Origin: Eledone cirrhosa
Taxonomy: Eukaryota
DNA length: 64,000 nt
Reading direction: 5' to 3'
Assembly: GCA_964016885.1 (NCBI GenBank)
Contig: OZ024743.1
Coordinates: 75,950,001-76,014,000, forward strand
Below the pieces are notes generated by a model. The model was not told where the DNA came from and ran no database searches. It saw only the letters and a program-made list of their open reading frames with translations. Position numbers and translations under genes: made by a program. The stretch's first letter is position 1. The number at the start of each line of letters is the position of its first letter. Positions 24,432 through 36,994 of this stretch are shown one piece after another.

Positions 24432-24745
24432 GAAGGCACGTGGAGTTGTGGTTAGGATATTCGGCTCACGCACGATTTCGATTCCCGACAGCGCGTTGTT
24501 TCCTTGAGCAAGACACTTTATTTCACGTTGCTCCAATCCACTCAGCTGGCAAAAATGAGTTGTACCCGTAATTCGAACCGCCAACCTTGTGACATTCTGT
24601 GTCACGGTGAATCTCCCTGAGAATTATGTTAAGGGAACACATGTCTGTGGAATGCTCAGCCACTTGCATATTAAGTTAACGAGTAGGCTGTTCCGTTGAT
24701 CGTATCAACTGGAAGACTCCTCGTCGTAACTGGCGAAGTACCACT
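24432..24745 (+). mobile_element. CORE-type tRNA SINE, near full length
   Basis: gaaggcacgtgg..gtggttagg head, ttcgattcc B-box, ccttgagcaagacactttat core. Confidence 0.7.
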
Positions 24746-25404
24746 TATACACTAATTACTGATGCTACAAGACTCCTGTAAACAGATGTATTGTCTCATA
24801 AAGTGACCATCTCGATGGCAAACTTTATCTCATCTCTTCATGTGTCAGGTAATCTTACGTTATTGTATATTGCTTTATTCCCCGACGTGATTGTTTTCAC
24901 CCTCATCCACGTGTTTATGATTGTTTGTAAAGAGATACAAGAATTCATTGACGTATTCCTCGAGCCATTCATTCATACATTCATTCATACATTCATTCGT
25001 TCATTCTCACATTCATTCCCTCTCTCATTCTTCCAGTTATAAATTCTATATTTTCTCTTCTTTCATTTTTACTCTCTGACTTCTATTTTTTTTTATCTAA
25101 CTATTTATCAATCTATCAATATATATATACATGTATGTGTATATAAATTCACACACACACATACACAGACACACCCATACACCCACATGCCCCGCCCCCT
25201 CACATATATATATATAGATATGTGTGTACATATATATGTATATATATATGTGTGTGTGTGTACATATATAAGTATATATATATGTACACACACACACATA
25301 TTTATATATATATATATATAAATATGTGTGTGCGAGTACACATATATATATATATAAATATGTGTGTGTGTGTGTACATATATATATATATACTTGTGTA
25401 CACA

Positions 25405-25493
<89 letters not shown>

Positions 25494-25548
25494 CGGCGAT
25501 GAATTTGTTTTGCGAGGTTTTTGATATGAAATCGTGTGTCGAAACAAA

Positions 25549-26395
25549 TATTGTTATACTTGGGGAGGGTCATATTTGTGTAATATTGCCAGAATTAATA
25601 ACAGAACACACTCACTGTTTGGTTGGTTTTCGCTTCTGTATCTTTTATATCGGTTAATTTTATTTATTCGGTCCTCAATGTTACCATTGACTGACCAATG
25701 GTCAAAAATACAGATATAATATAAACACAAACACATATATATAGTCTAACAAAGTTCTTTCGTTGCACATCTGCAACATCGTCAGTGGTGCTATTATGTT
25801 TCCTCCTGTTGTATTGTATGTCTACGCCATCTTTATTTAATCCATTTATTTATTTTTTTTTTTTTTTTTCTTCTCTGCGCATGCGTTTGCGTGTATGTAT
25901 AGTGTTTGATGTGTGTTCGTGTTTGGGTGACTGTGTATTGGTTATTGTATTATATCTTAGTTTACTAGTGTGTGTTTATATGTGTTTGTTGTTATTGTGC
26001 TTGTGTATGTATTTATTTATTTATTTATTTATATTTCTCTTAGGTTAGTATTGTTTGTTTGGGTGTTGTTGTTATTCCATTCATTTTTTCTGTTTAGCTT
26101 TGGCCTTCTAAGTTCTATTTCGCTGGCCTCTCTGATTTGCCTATCTGCTGGGTCATTTCTTTGTTTAGATATTATTCTAATTTCTATGTTATCTATGTTA
26201 TCGTTGTGTTGTTGTCTGGCATGTTCGTATAGTACTGAACCGATTTTTCGTCCTTTTAGTTCCCCCCAGTGTTGGTCTATCCTTTCACCTATGCTCCGAG
26301 CTGTCTCGCCTATGTATGTTGTTGTCATGTTTCTGCAAGTACCCTCTGTACATCTTATGCTATAGATTACGTTTCTAGTTTTACAGTTTATCCGG
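25549..26395 (-). mobile_element. PLE 3' fragment (family C2): GIY-YIG domain + HHR + tail
   Basis: INCKTRNVIYSIRC...YIGETARSIGERIDQHW...RQIREA...LNRKNEW. HHR CTGACGA tgttgc..gcaac GAAA at ~25750-25790. Tail ends ccccaagtataacaat. Confidence 0.85.
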
Positions 26396-26433
<38 letters not shown>

Positions 26434-26454
26434 AACACTCACATTTATATACTT

Positions 26455-26493
<39 letters not shown>

Positions 26494-26703
26494 GCTTAGA
26501 ACAATGAAAAAATGACAGAAGTCAGTGGTAGGGAGTTAATTAGTTCATTGTTTTAAGATCGCTTCAGAGGTCCGATTAATCATGGAAGATCCATGTATTG
26601 ACTAGCTTGGCAGTGGTGAAGCAACTACCTGTTTCTAGTCTCGAAATTCCTATCACTAAACGTTATCAGCCCCACTACAACCAGGTGGAATACGATATAT
26701 ATG

Positions 26704-28236
26704 CACCACCACCACCACCACCACCTACACCACCACCACCACCACTACTACCACCACCACCACTACTACCACCACCACCACCACCTACACCACGACCACC
26801 ACTACCACCACCACCACCACCACCACCACCACCATAACCACCACCACCACCACGACGACCACCACCACGACCACCACCACCACCACCACTACCAACATCA
26901 CCACCACCACCACAACCACCACGACCACCACCACGACCACCACCACGACCACCACCACGACCACCACCACCACTACCACCATCACCACCGCCACCACTAC
27001 CATCACTACCACCACCACAACCACCATCACCACCATCACAACCACCAACACCACCATCACCACCACCACCACCACCAACACCACCATCACCACCACCACC
27101 ACCACCACTACCACAACCACCATCACCACCACCAACACCACCACCACCACCATCACCACCACCACCACCACCACAACCACCACCACAACCACCACCACCA
27201 CCACCACCACCACCACCACCACCACCACCACAACCACCATCACTACCACCACCACCACAACCACCATCACCACCACCACAACCACCACCACCACCACCAC
27301 CACGACCACCACCACCATCACCACCACCACCACCACCACAACCACCATCATCACCACCACCACAACCACCACCACCACCACCACCACCATCACCACCACC
27401 ACCACCACCACCACAACCACCATCATCACCACCACCACAACCACCACCACAACCACCATCACCACCACCACCACCACCACCACCACCACCACCACCACCA
27501 CCACCACCACCACCACAACCACCACCATCACCACCACCACCACCACCACCACCACCGCCACCACCACCACCACCACCACCACCACCACCACCACCACAAC
27601 CACCACCACCACCACCACCACCACCACCACCACCGCCACCACCACCACCACCACCACCACCACCACCACCACCACCACCACCACCACCACCACCACAACC
27701 ACCATCACTACCACCACCACCACAACCACCATCACCACCACCACAACCACCACCACCACCACCACCACGACCACCACCACCATCACCACCACCACCACCA
27801 CCACAACCACCATCATCACCACCACCACAACCACCACCACCACCACCACCACCATCACCACCACCACCACCACCACAACCACCATCATCACCACCACCAC
27901 AACCACCACCACCACCACCACCACCACCACCACCACCACCACCACCACCACCACCACCACCACCACCACCACAACCACCACCACCACCACCGCCACCACC
28001 ACCACCACCACCACCACCACCACCACCACCACAACAACCACCACCACCACCACCACCACAACCACCACCACCACCACCACCACCACCACAACCACCACCA
28101 CCACCACCACCACCACCACCACAACCACCACCACCACCACCACCACCACCACAACCACTATCACTACCACCACCACCACCACCACCACCACCACCACCAC
28201 CACCACCACCACCACCACCACCACCACCACCACCAC
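26704..28236. repeat. ~1.5-kb degenerate (CAC)n array
   Basis: Seen directly; CAC interspersed with AAC, CAT, GAC, TAC, CGC variants. Confidence 0.95.
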
Positions 28237-28379
28237 TCTACCATTGTTGTACTGTACTAACTGTCCATGTCAGTCATGTAGCTATCATTGTGACAAGACT
28301 TGTTCCTCGTTAGATGGACACTTGTCTGTCCGGTTACTAGCAGACCTCAACTGATTGTAGCACCTACAGTAACACATAC

Positions 28380-28465
<86 letters not shown>

Positions 28466-28541
28466 ACACACACACACAGACACAGACACATACACACACG
28501 CACACACACACACACACACACAGAGACACACACAGACACAG

Positions 28542-28573
<32 letters not shown>

Positions 28574-29092
28574 ACACACACACACAGACATACACACACA
28601 GACACAGACACACACAGACACAGACACACACATACACACACACACACACACAGACACACACACAGAGACACACACATACACAGACACACACATACACAGA
28701 CATACACATACAGACACACACAGACACACACAGACACAGACATACGCATACACACACAGACATACACAGACATACACACACACAGACACACACATACACA
28801 CATAGACACACACATACACACACACAGACACACACAGACACACACATACACACACAATCAGACATACACAGACATACACAGATACACACAGACACATACA
28901 GACCTCTACTGATTATACCACAAACAGTAACAGATACAGACACACACAGAGACACACACACGCATACACACATACACTCACACACATATATACACACACA
29001 TTTATATGTAGTATGTGTGTATATATATATATATATATAAATATATATATCCATATATATAATATATATGTACACACACATACACGCATATA

Positions 29093-29157
<65 letters not shown>

Positions 29158-29227
29158 TTGTTTATATATATATATATATATATTATATATATGTACTCAC
29201 ATATATATGTACTCATATATATATGTA

Positions 29228-29313
<86 letters not shown>

Positions 29314-29559
29314 TATGTATAAGTATATACATACATGCATATGAAATTATGCACTCACAAACTTACATTCATTAAATCTTCTCTACTTGGAATTTGAAAT
29401 TTCCTCTGCACCCATAATTCTTTCTGTACTTGGTTCTGGTCATGTAATTAATTTCTGAAAATGTGGTTGGCCTATTATTCTGTGAATTTATCTAATTGGA
29501 ACAGTCAAAATGCGTGAGGCTTTTCATAAGAAAATCAATGAGAAGACAAAATACCCATA

Positions 29560-30250
29560 TATGCCACGACAAAAAGTACCCAATTTACTCGGTAAATTGG
29601 ACGTTTAGGTTTCACGACAAAAAGCACCCAGTACACTCTGTAAAGTGATAATGTAAGTTTCACAACAAAAAGCAACCATAACATACTGTAAAGTGGTCGT
29701 GTTAATGAAAGAGAAAAAGTACCCAGCCCACATTGTAAAGTGTTTGTGTTGGTGTCATGTTAAAAAGCACCCCGTCCACACCGTAAAGTGGTCATGTAGG
29801 TGTCAAGACAAAAAGCACCCCGTCCTCACTGTAAAGTAGTCATGTAGGTGTCAAGACAAAAAGCACCCCGTCCACATTGTAAAGTGGTCGTATAGGTGAC
29901 ATGACAAAAAGCACCCAATCCACACTGTAAAGTGGTCGTGTAGGTGACATGACAAAAAAACACCCAGTACACACTGTAAAGTGGTCATGAAGGTGTCACA
30001 ACAAAAAGCACCCAGTTCACACTGTAAAGTGGTCGTGTAGGTGACATGACAAAAATCACCCAGTTCACACTGTAAAGTGGTCGTGTAGGTGACATGACAA
30101 AAAGCCCCCAGTACACACTGTAAAGTGGTTGTGTAGGATACATGACAAAAATCATCCAGTTCACACTGTAAAGTGGTCGTGTAGGTGACATGACAAAAAG
30201 CCCTGTAAATGTGGTTGGTGTTAGGAAGCGCATTCAGCCGTAGTAAACCA
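29560..30250 (+). repeat. 48-bp minisatellite (~13 copies) ending in a SINE-body motif
   Basis: Unit aaaaagcacccagttcacactgtaaagtggtcgtgtaggtgacatgac; the array ends gttaggaagcgcattcagccgtag. Confidence 0.85.
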
Positions 30251-30509
30251 TGGCATAGGTTCGACGTAGGTACTCGGTTTTATCCTTCCATACGTTTCAC
30301 CTGCAGATATTGACCACAGTCTGCAGTGCTTGGTCCTGTAACTCCTGAGGGATTCCTAGGAACGCCATATTGACATAAAGCCTTTCTACGGCACTTTTTA
30401 ACCCTGCGGAGCCCAATCATCTCCATGTCTGAATACAGCCGATTTCTTCCAGAGAAAGATAGAGATTGAGAGAATGGAAGTGAGAAAGAGATATAGAGAA
30501 AGAATCAAC

Positions 30510-31529
30510 TCCAGTACTAGACTAGTACTTTATTTTATCGACCTTGAATGGATGAAAGTCAAAGTTGACCCCGGCAGGATTTAAACTCGTTAGAACGAAT
30601 ACCACAAACTGTTCTATCTGACGTTCTAACGACTCTACCAATACCACAAACTATTCTATCTGACGTTCTAACGACTCTACCAATACCACAAACTGTTCTA
30701 TCTGACGTTCTAACGACTCTACCAATACCACAAACTGTTCTATCTGACGTTCTAACGACTCTACCAATACCACAAACTGTTCTATCTGACGTTCTAACGA
30801 CTCTACCAATACCACAAACTATTCTATCTGACGTTCTAACGACTCTACCAATACCACAAACTGTTCTATCTGACGTTCTAACGACTCTACCAATACCACA
30901 AACTGTTCTATCTGACGTTCTAACGACTCTACCAATACCACAAACTATTCTATCTGACGTTCTAACGACTCTACCAATACCACAAACTGTTCTATCTGAC
31001 GTTCTAACGACTCTACCAATACCACAAACTGTTCTATCTGACGTTCTAACGACTCTACCAATACCACAGCCTGTTCTATCTGACGTTCTAACGACTCTAC
31101 CAATACCACAAACTGTTCTATCTGACGTTCTAACGACTCTACCAATACCACAAACTGTTCTATCTGACGTTCTAACGACTCTACCAATACCACAAACTGT
31201 TCTATCTGACGTTCTAACGACTCTACCAATACCACAAACTGTTCTATCTGACGTTCTAACGACTCTACCAATATCTCAAACTGTTCTATCTGACGTTCTA
31301 ACGACTCTACCAATACCACAAACTATTCTATCTGACGTTCTAACGACTCTACTATTACTACAGCCTATTCTATCTGACGTTCTAACGACTCTACTATTAC
31401 TACAGCCTATTCTATCTGACGTTCTAACGACTCTACCGTTACTACAAACTATTCTATCTGACGTTCTAACGACTCTACCAATACCACAAACTATTCTATC
31501 TGACGTTCTAACGACTCTACCAATTCGCC
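30510..31529 (-). repeat. Nin-domain SINE whose 42-bp head segment is tandemly amplified ~22 times
   Basis: SINE body at 30510-30597, then unit accacaaactgttctatctgacgttctaacgactctaccaat from 30598 to 31523, ending aattcgcc (SINE 5' start on the minus strand). Confidence 0.85.
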
Positions 31530-31879
31530 GTCTATACAATCAGCACTATGAATCAACTAACATATATTTAGATCATGCCACATATGAAAAAGAAAGGAAA
31601 TACCTATTTCTGGTACATTGTCAGAATTAGGCTTATCTTTACGTTACTGGTATCTTTCTTAAAGAATTATTTAGAATCTTTTGTTTGAGTGTTCAGATAT
31701 GTATTTAGAAGTAACTGCATCAATAACAATGTCGGAAGGAGACCTATCATTGCAAAATAGACACTAAGAAGTCATTGAAGATACGAGACCAAAACATAGG
31801 AGTTACTGAGGAGTTGCTTTAGTTGAAGTGTGGTATATGTGATTCACAATTGTCCAATAGAAATATAGGAGGCCTCCAT

Positions 31880-32176
31880 CGATCAAGAATGACCATGGTG
31901 CTGCATCTGGAAAGTTCCCCTCCGAGGCCAGGTTGTTTGTGGAAGACCAGCTGTCGCCCATACATACCAGTCTTCCCTCTCCATGCCACCGATGTTATCA
32001 AAGGGAAAAGACAATGGATGATACAGCTTGACACCAGTGACGTCGCAACTCATTTTTACTGCTGAGTAAACTGGAGCAACGTGAAATAAAGTGTCTTGCT
32101 CAAGGACACAACGCACTGCCTGGTCCGCAATTCGAATTCACACCTTTACGTTCTAACCACTAAGCCACGCGCCTTC
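31880..32176 (-). mobile_element. CORE-type tRNA SINE
   Basis: Minus strand gaaggcgcgtggcttagtggttag...gtgtccttgagcaagacactttatttcacg. Confidence 0.7.
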
Positions 32177-32241
32177 TCAATAGAATATAAATATATTAAT
32201 ACAACACACACACACGCATACACACGCGCGCGCACACACAC

Positions 32242-32282
<41 letters not shown>

Positions 32283-32285
<3 letters not shown>

Positions 32286-32630
32286 GAAATAAAGAGGACT
32301 ATTTGTTATGTCTTCATTACGTTTATTTAGTAGTGACGGGCATTTCGCTATTGATCAGCTCAAGGTCCGATCTGTATCGATCTAACCCGACACTGGAATC
32401 ATGGAATCAAAAGCTTGTTGGACGAGCTTTTGATTCCTGAGTCGGGATAGATTGATACAGATCGAACCTTGAGCTGATCAATAGCGAAACGTGCGTCACT
32501 ACTCAATAAACGTAATGAAGACATAGCAAATCTTCCTCTTTATTATTAGTAGTATTACACTCTGCTTAGTTCTACCCCTTATACATCCCTATTCTCTGGT
32601 GAACCTAGAGTAGCTGGACGTTACAATCCG
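32283..32630 (+). mobile_element. Fold-back terminal fragment with partial HHR
   Basis: Imperfect palindrome 32283-32545. The right arm reads gacga gct...agc GAAAC gtgc GTC actactcaataaa. Flanked by (TA)n and (TC)n. Confidence 0.55.
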
Positions 32631-32701
<71 letters not shown>

Positions 32702-32730
32702 GTATACATATATATATATATATATATACA

Positions 32731-33241
32731 CTAGCCGAATTACCCGCGCCTTGTTGCGTTTCACACATTTTTTTTGTAAGAAAATGATGATTGATTTTAA
32801 ATCAGTGATATAATTTATGGAGAAAAACTCTGCATTTCAATATTACTTAATGTAAAATGTAATGCATGAAAAATTGGTAAACATTAGTTTTTGTAATATA
32901 TCAAATCCAAATTACATTATTTAATCTTATTCTTATTTTGTTTCTTGTAAATAATTTTTTTCAAAATATCAATTCAAAACTTTTGTGAACAGGCATCATA
33001 TCATATCTTGTCATTTACCTATGGTTTAAATTTCATATAAATCGAATGGAAAAAAATTCAGCGGGGTTTGTGCTCCCGGGGAACCCTTTGATTAAAATGA
33101 AATATACTTATCCAAGAACCCTGGGCAATGTAGTTTCAGAATATATATGGTTATGGGGGGTCTATCTCCAAAACCATAGGAGGAGTTCGTGAACAAACAA
33201 ACAAACAGACAGGAATACAACTTTATATATATATATATAGA
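32731..33241 (-). mobile_element. Non-autonomous Helitron
   Basis: Minus strand begins A|TCTATATATA...ctgtctgtttgtttg and ends gcgcgggtaattcggCTAG|T. Confidence 0.65.
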
Positions 33242-34223
33242 TATGTCTATTGATATATTTCTCTCTCTATATATTTAATCCTTGATAAGGTCTGTGGATA
33301 TTAATAAAACTGAGAGATATTAACTAATATCTCCGTATTAGTTAATATCAATTATTATTAATGGATTAATAAGTATGAATCTCTATATAATGTTTTATAT
33401 TTCATTAACCAAATAGGGTGGTTGTAATTCAGTGTCAGGCCCTCCATGATTTAAAACACCTGTGATCAAAGGTGTTACAATATTTGAAACACCTTTTGTT
33501 CTGTGTAATTCGGGCAATATGTGGTTGGAGCAACACATTTAAAGAAGGCCACAAAACTGGGGGGTTGAGCTTGACATACAGGATCAAGTAGGAAGTGCTG
33601 GAAGATAAGAATATTAGGAATATGTATGTGGATATTATTGCATCGAAATTCAGCGAGCTCCTTGAACAAACTGAGGACGTTGAAACGGAGTGAAGAGCTG
33701 TCTAACTCACCAGTTTCTACTTCACCTGTTAAATCCTGTGGGCGAAAGTGGGTGTAGGGGTCCAGCTGTATCAATTGGAGACCGTTGATTCTGCTAGGAC
33801 TCGCTGGAAGGTGTGCTTAAGGACTCTGCCACCATGTCCCGCCCAGGAAGAAGAAGAAGAAGAAGAAGAAGAAGAAGAAGAAGAAGAAGAAGAAGAAGAA
33901 GAAGAAGGTACAACTTAAATAAGAGAGGGTTTGAGATAGAGATATTTCCTCTAAGCAAATTAAATGAAAGCTGGTTAAATGATGGGTCTACTGTGCAGCT
34001 GTAGAGAGAAGCTACATACTGTACGGTGTCCATATAATCCAGAGTTCCATAAATGGGATGTCCCGCCTATATAGCCTTTTCATCTATGTTATTGTTCTGT
34101 AATGTGTTGTTTATTCTCTATCTAATGTTAATGTTACTCCAAGTAAACCCTTCACTGTTTTCTTTGTTGTGTGTTCTGTATTTCACTTTTCAACTGTCCT
34201 CAGCGTCTTCGGCCTTTGTAGCC

Positions 34224-34400
34224 AGGTGGATTGGCAGTATCGGCAGAGGGTCGGACACCATGCTTTGACTTACGGCCCTTTATGGTCTGAGTTCAAATCT
34301 CGCAGAGGTTAACTTTGCCTTTCATCCTTACGGAGTCGATAAAATAAAGTACCAGTAATGTACTGTGTAATTGCTGGCCTTGTGCCAAAAGTAGAAACAA
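34224..34400 (+). mobile_element. Nin-domain tRNA SINE
   Basis: ggtggattggcagtatcgg...gagttcaaatc...gcctttcatccttacggagtcgataaaataaagtaccag. Confidence 0.8.
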
Positions 34401-34856
34401 TCTATATATTAATACGCTTATACCTACGTACCGTACGTCCGACCGTGTGTGTCACGCTTTCAGTAATTACATAGTAATTTATCTAGAGAATATGAGAAAC
34501 AGAGTTGAACAGCGACGAAATGCCATAATTGAAGAGCAACCTTTGAGCAAGGGCGATGAACAGTGTAACAGTTAAAGTGATAGCTCAAAACGAATCCAAC
34601 CATGGCCACAGAAGGGGAATCACCTTTACTAGAAATATTGCACATAGGGAAGTGCTTTAAAGGATGATTTTTATGTGTACTTTTATGAAATTAATTTTAA
34701 ATAAACTTACATTATTATACAAAAAATAAAGGAAAATATAATTGTTTATTCACTAAAATACTGCAAATCAAACAACTTTGATTAACTGATAAATATTCAT
34801 TGGAAAATACTTAAATTAAAAAAATTATCCGTGAATTTTTTCACGGGTCCAGCTAC
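34401..34856 (+). mobile_element. Non-autonomous Helitron
   Basis: A|TCTATATAT start; 3' hairpin ccgtgaa-tttt-ttcacgg followed by gtccagCTAC|T (CTAG-like). Confidence 0.55.
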
Positions 34857-34889
34857 TTATTGTTAAAATCCGTAACTCCTTTGTTCTGG

Positions 34890-35070
34890 CAGATGTTATA
34901 CTGACACCAAAAGTGGGAGCCATAGTCAATGGCTAAAGATCCTGTGGGTCATTCATTCTCCTTCAACTTTCCAACGCCCTTCTTAGAATCTGTTTTCTGC
35001 AACAATCCTGTCTTCATGGTAATTCCCAGCTTCTTAAACCATGCATCCAACCTTCTACTAACTGCTCCCA
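34890..35070 (-). mobile_element. RLE-type LINE extreme 3' fragment
   Basis: GAVSRRLDAWFKKLGITMKTGLLQKT resembles the R2/R4-type C-terminus. Confidence 0.5.
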
Positions 35071-35199
35071 GTTAGTAGAAGGTTTACGATCTAAGTTCAA
35101 ATCCCGCCGGGGTTAGCTTTACGGGGTCGATAAAATAAAGCACCAGTAATGTACTGAAGTCGATTTAATCGACTTCCTCCACCCAAAATTGCAGTCATT

Positions 35200-35692
35200 G
35201 TACCTGTCTGATGGCAGTTGCGAAAGAGGTTAAAGGACTGAAGACAGACACTTTTCTCTTCGGCCAATCCCTAATCAACTACTTCAAGTTTCACCTGGAA
35301 AGGAAGATGAGGGTGGAGAGAGAAGTGCTGCCCCCCCCGTACATTTGCTAAAAGGTGGATGAATGTGGCGAGAATGGCCCGTGTGAATGGGCCTACCCTG
35401 ACCATGCGCCTGTAGGCTAGCTAATTTGTGGAGGAGAGGGGTGTTCTCCCCGGGTGCCCTAGAAACGCAGGGTGGTTCAGGATTGGTAGGGTACCTGAGT
35501 CACTCCTGGGTCATCCCCCCCCCTATAGGGGAATTTATTTTGTTATATTTATGCATAGTTTATTTTATATTTTTTATATCTTCATTGTTAAATTAGTCTT
35601 GCCATTGTGCACTTTTACTCGAGCTTATTGTAAACCCCCACTGTCCCTGTCTTTGTATTGTCCCCTACATGTCGGCCTTTGTGGCCAATAAT
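35200..35692 (+). mobile_element. Tx1/L1-clade LINE 3' fragment
   Basis: Homologous to 3128-3590 (LMAVAKEV..KGLKTDTFL..LINYFKFHL); ends tgtggccaataa. Confidence 0.7.
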
Positions 35693-35709
35693 TGAAATCA
35701 TTATTATTA

Positions 35710-36210
35710 GCGGTGGATTGGCAGTATCGGTAGAGGGTCGGACACCATGCTAGGGTGGTGGATTGGCAGTATCGGTAGAGGGTCGGACACCATGCTAGGG
35801 TGGTGGATTGGCAGTATCGGTAGAGGGTCGGACGCCATGCTTTACAGCATAGAGTTACGGCTCTTTATGATCTGAGCTCAAATCCCGCCGAGGTTAACTT
35901 TACCTTTCATCCTTATGGGGTCGATAAAATAAAGTACCAGTCTCGCACTGGGGTCGATTTAATCGACTTTCCCCTCCCCCCAAATTACTGGCCTTGTGCC
36001 AAAAGTTGAAACAATTATTATTAGCGGTGGATTGGCAGTATCGGTAGAGGGTCGGACGTTATGCTTTGACGCAAAGAGTTACGGCCCTTGCCATTCTGAG
36101 TTCAAATACCGCCGAGGTTAACTTTGCCTTTCATCATTACGGGCTCGATAAAATAAAAGTACCAGTAATGTACTGGGTTATTGCTGGCCTTGTGCCTAAA
36201 ATAGAAACAA
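35710..36210 (+). mobile_element. Two Nin-domain SINEs, the first with a triplicated ~43-bp head
   Basis: ggtggattggcagtatcggtagagggtcggacaccatgct three times, then the SINE body; second copy from ~36023. Confidence 0.8.
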
Positions 36211-36420
36211 TTATTATTATTGTCACGATTATTGTCGACTGTGGTTTTCATCGTCATCGTCGTCAACATGATCATCATTGTCATCATTATGACACGAAAT
36301 ATAACAATTATAATCTCTCCTTTCTCGCCCCCTTCCCCACCTCTCTCTCTCTCTTTCTCTCTTCACCCCTTCCCCTTCCCCACCTCTCTCTCTCTCTCTC
36401 TCTCTTCACCCATTCCCCTT

Positions 36421-36462
<42 letters not shown>

Positions 36463-36532
36463 ACCCCTTCTCCACCTCTCTCTCACCCCTCTCTCCACCC
36501 ACCTCTCTCCCCCCCTCTCTCTCTCTCTGCCC

Positions 36533-36605
<73 letters not shown>

Positions 36606-36784
36606 GATATTTGTCGCTGGCAAAGGAGGACATGCCGATACAATCAACTTTTGAGGTGCCACAAGCTTGGAATAACACGAAGTAATAGAACATTGTAATA
36701 GAAGGGAGGGAGGGAGGGGAGATAGAAGGGGGGGGGGAGAAAGAGGGAAAGAAGAAGAGGCAGAGAAAAAGAAAGAATGAATGA

Positions 36785-36816
<32 letters not shown>

Positions 36817-36994
36817 AGGAAAGAAAGAAAGGACTGAATGATTCGTTGCGAAATTTTCTTTATTTCGTTTTCTCTTCAGTCGATTGAGTAGGGTGGGTGG
36901 GGGTGTAGAAGGAGGGTGGGTATTAGTGGTGGGGTGGGGGGTGGGCTGGAACGGTACAAGGGGGTGTGTGGGTAAGGTGGTGGCTATGGTAATG

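Noticed and set aside
26701-28260. 519-aa poly-His ORF and antisense poly-Val ORF
   Set aside because: Translation of a (CAC)n microsatellite; no unique coding sequence or splice context.
30598-31523. CRISPR-like regular array
   Set aside because: Head-to-tail tandem units with no unique spacers and no cas genes; eukaryotic SINE-derived. The same applies to the 22-bp and 46-bp arrays.
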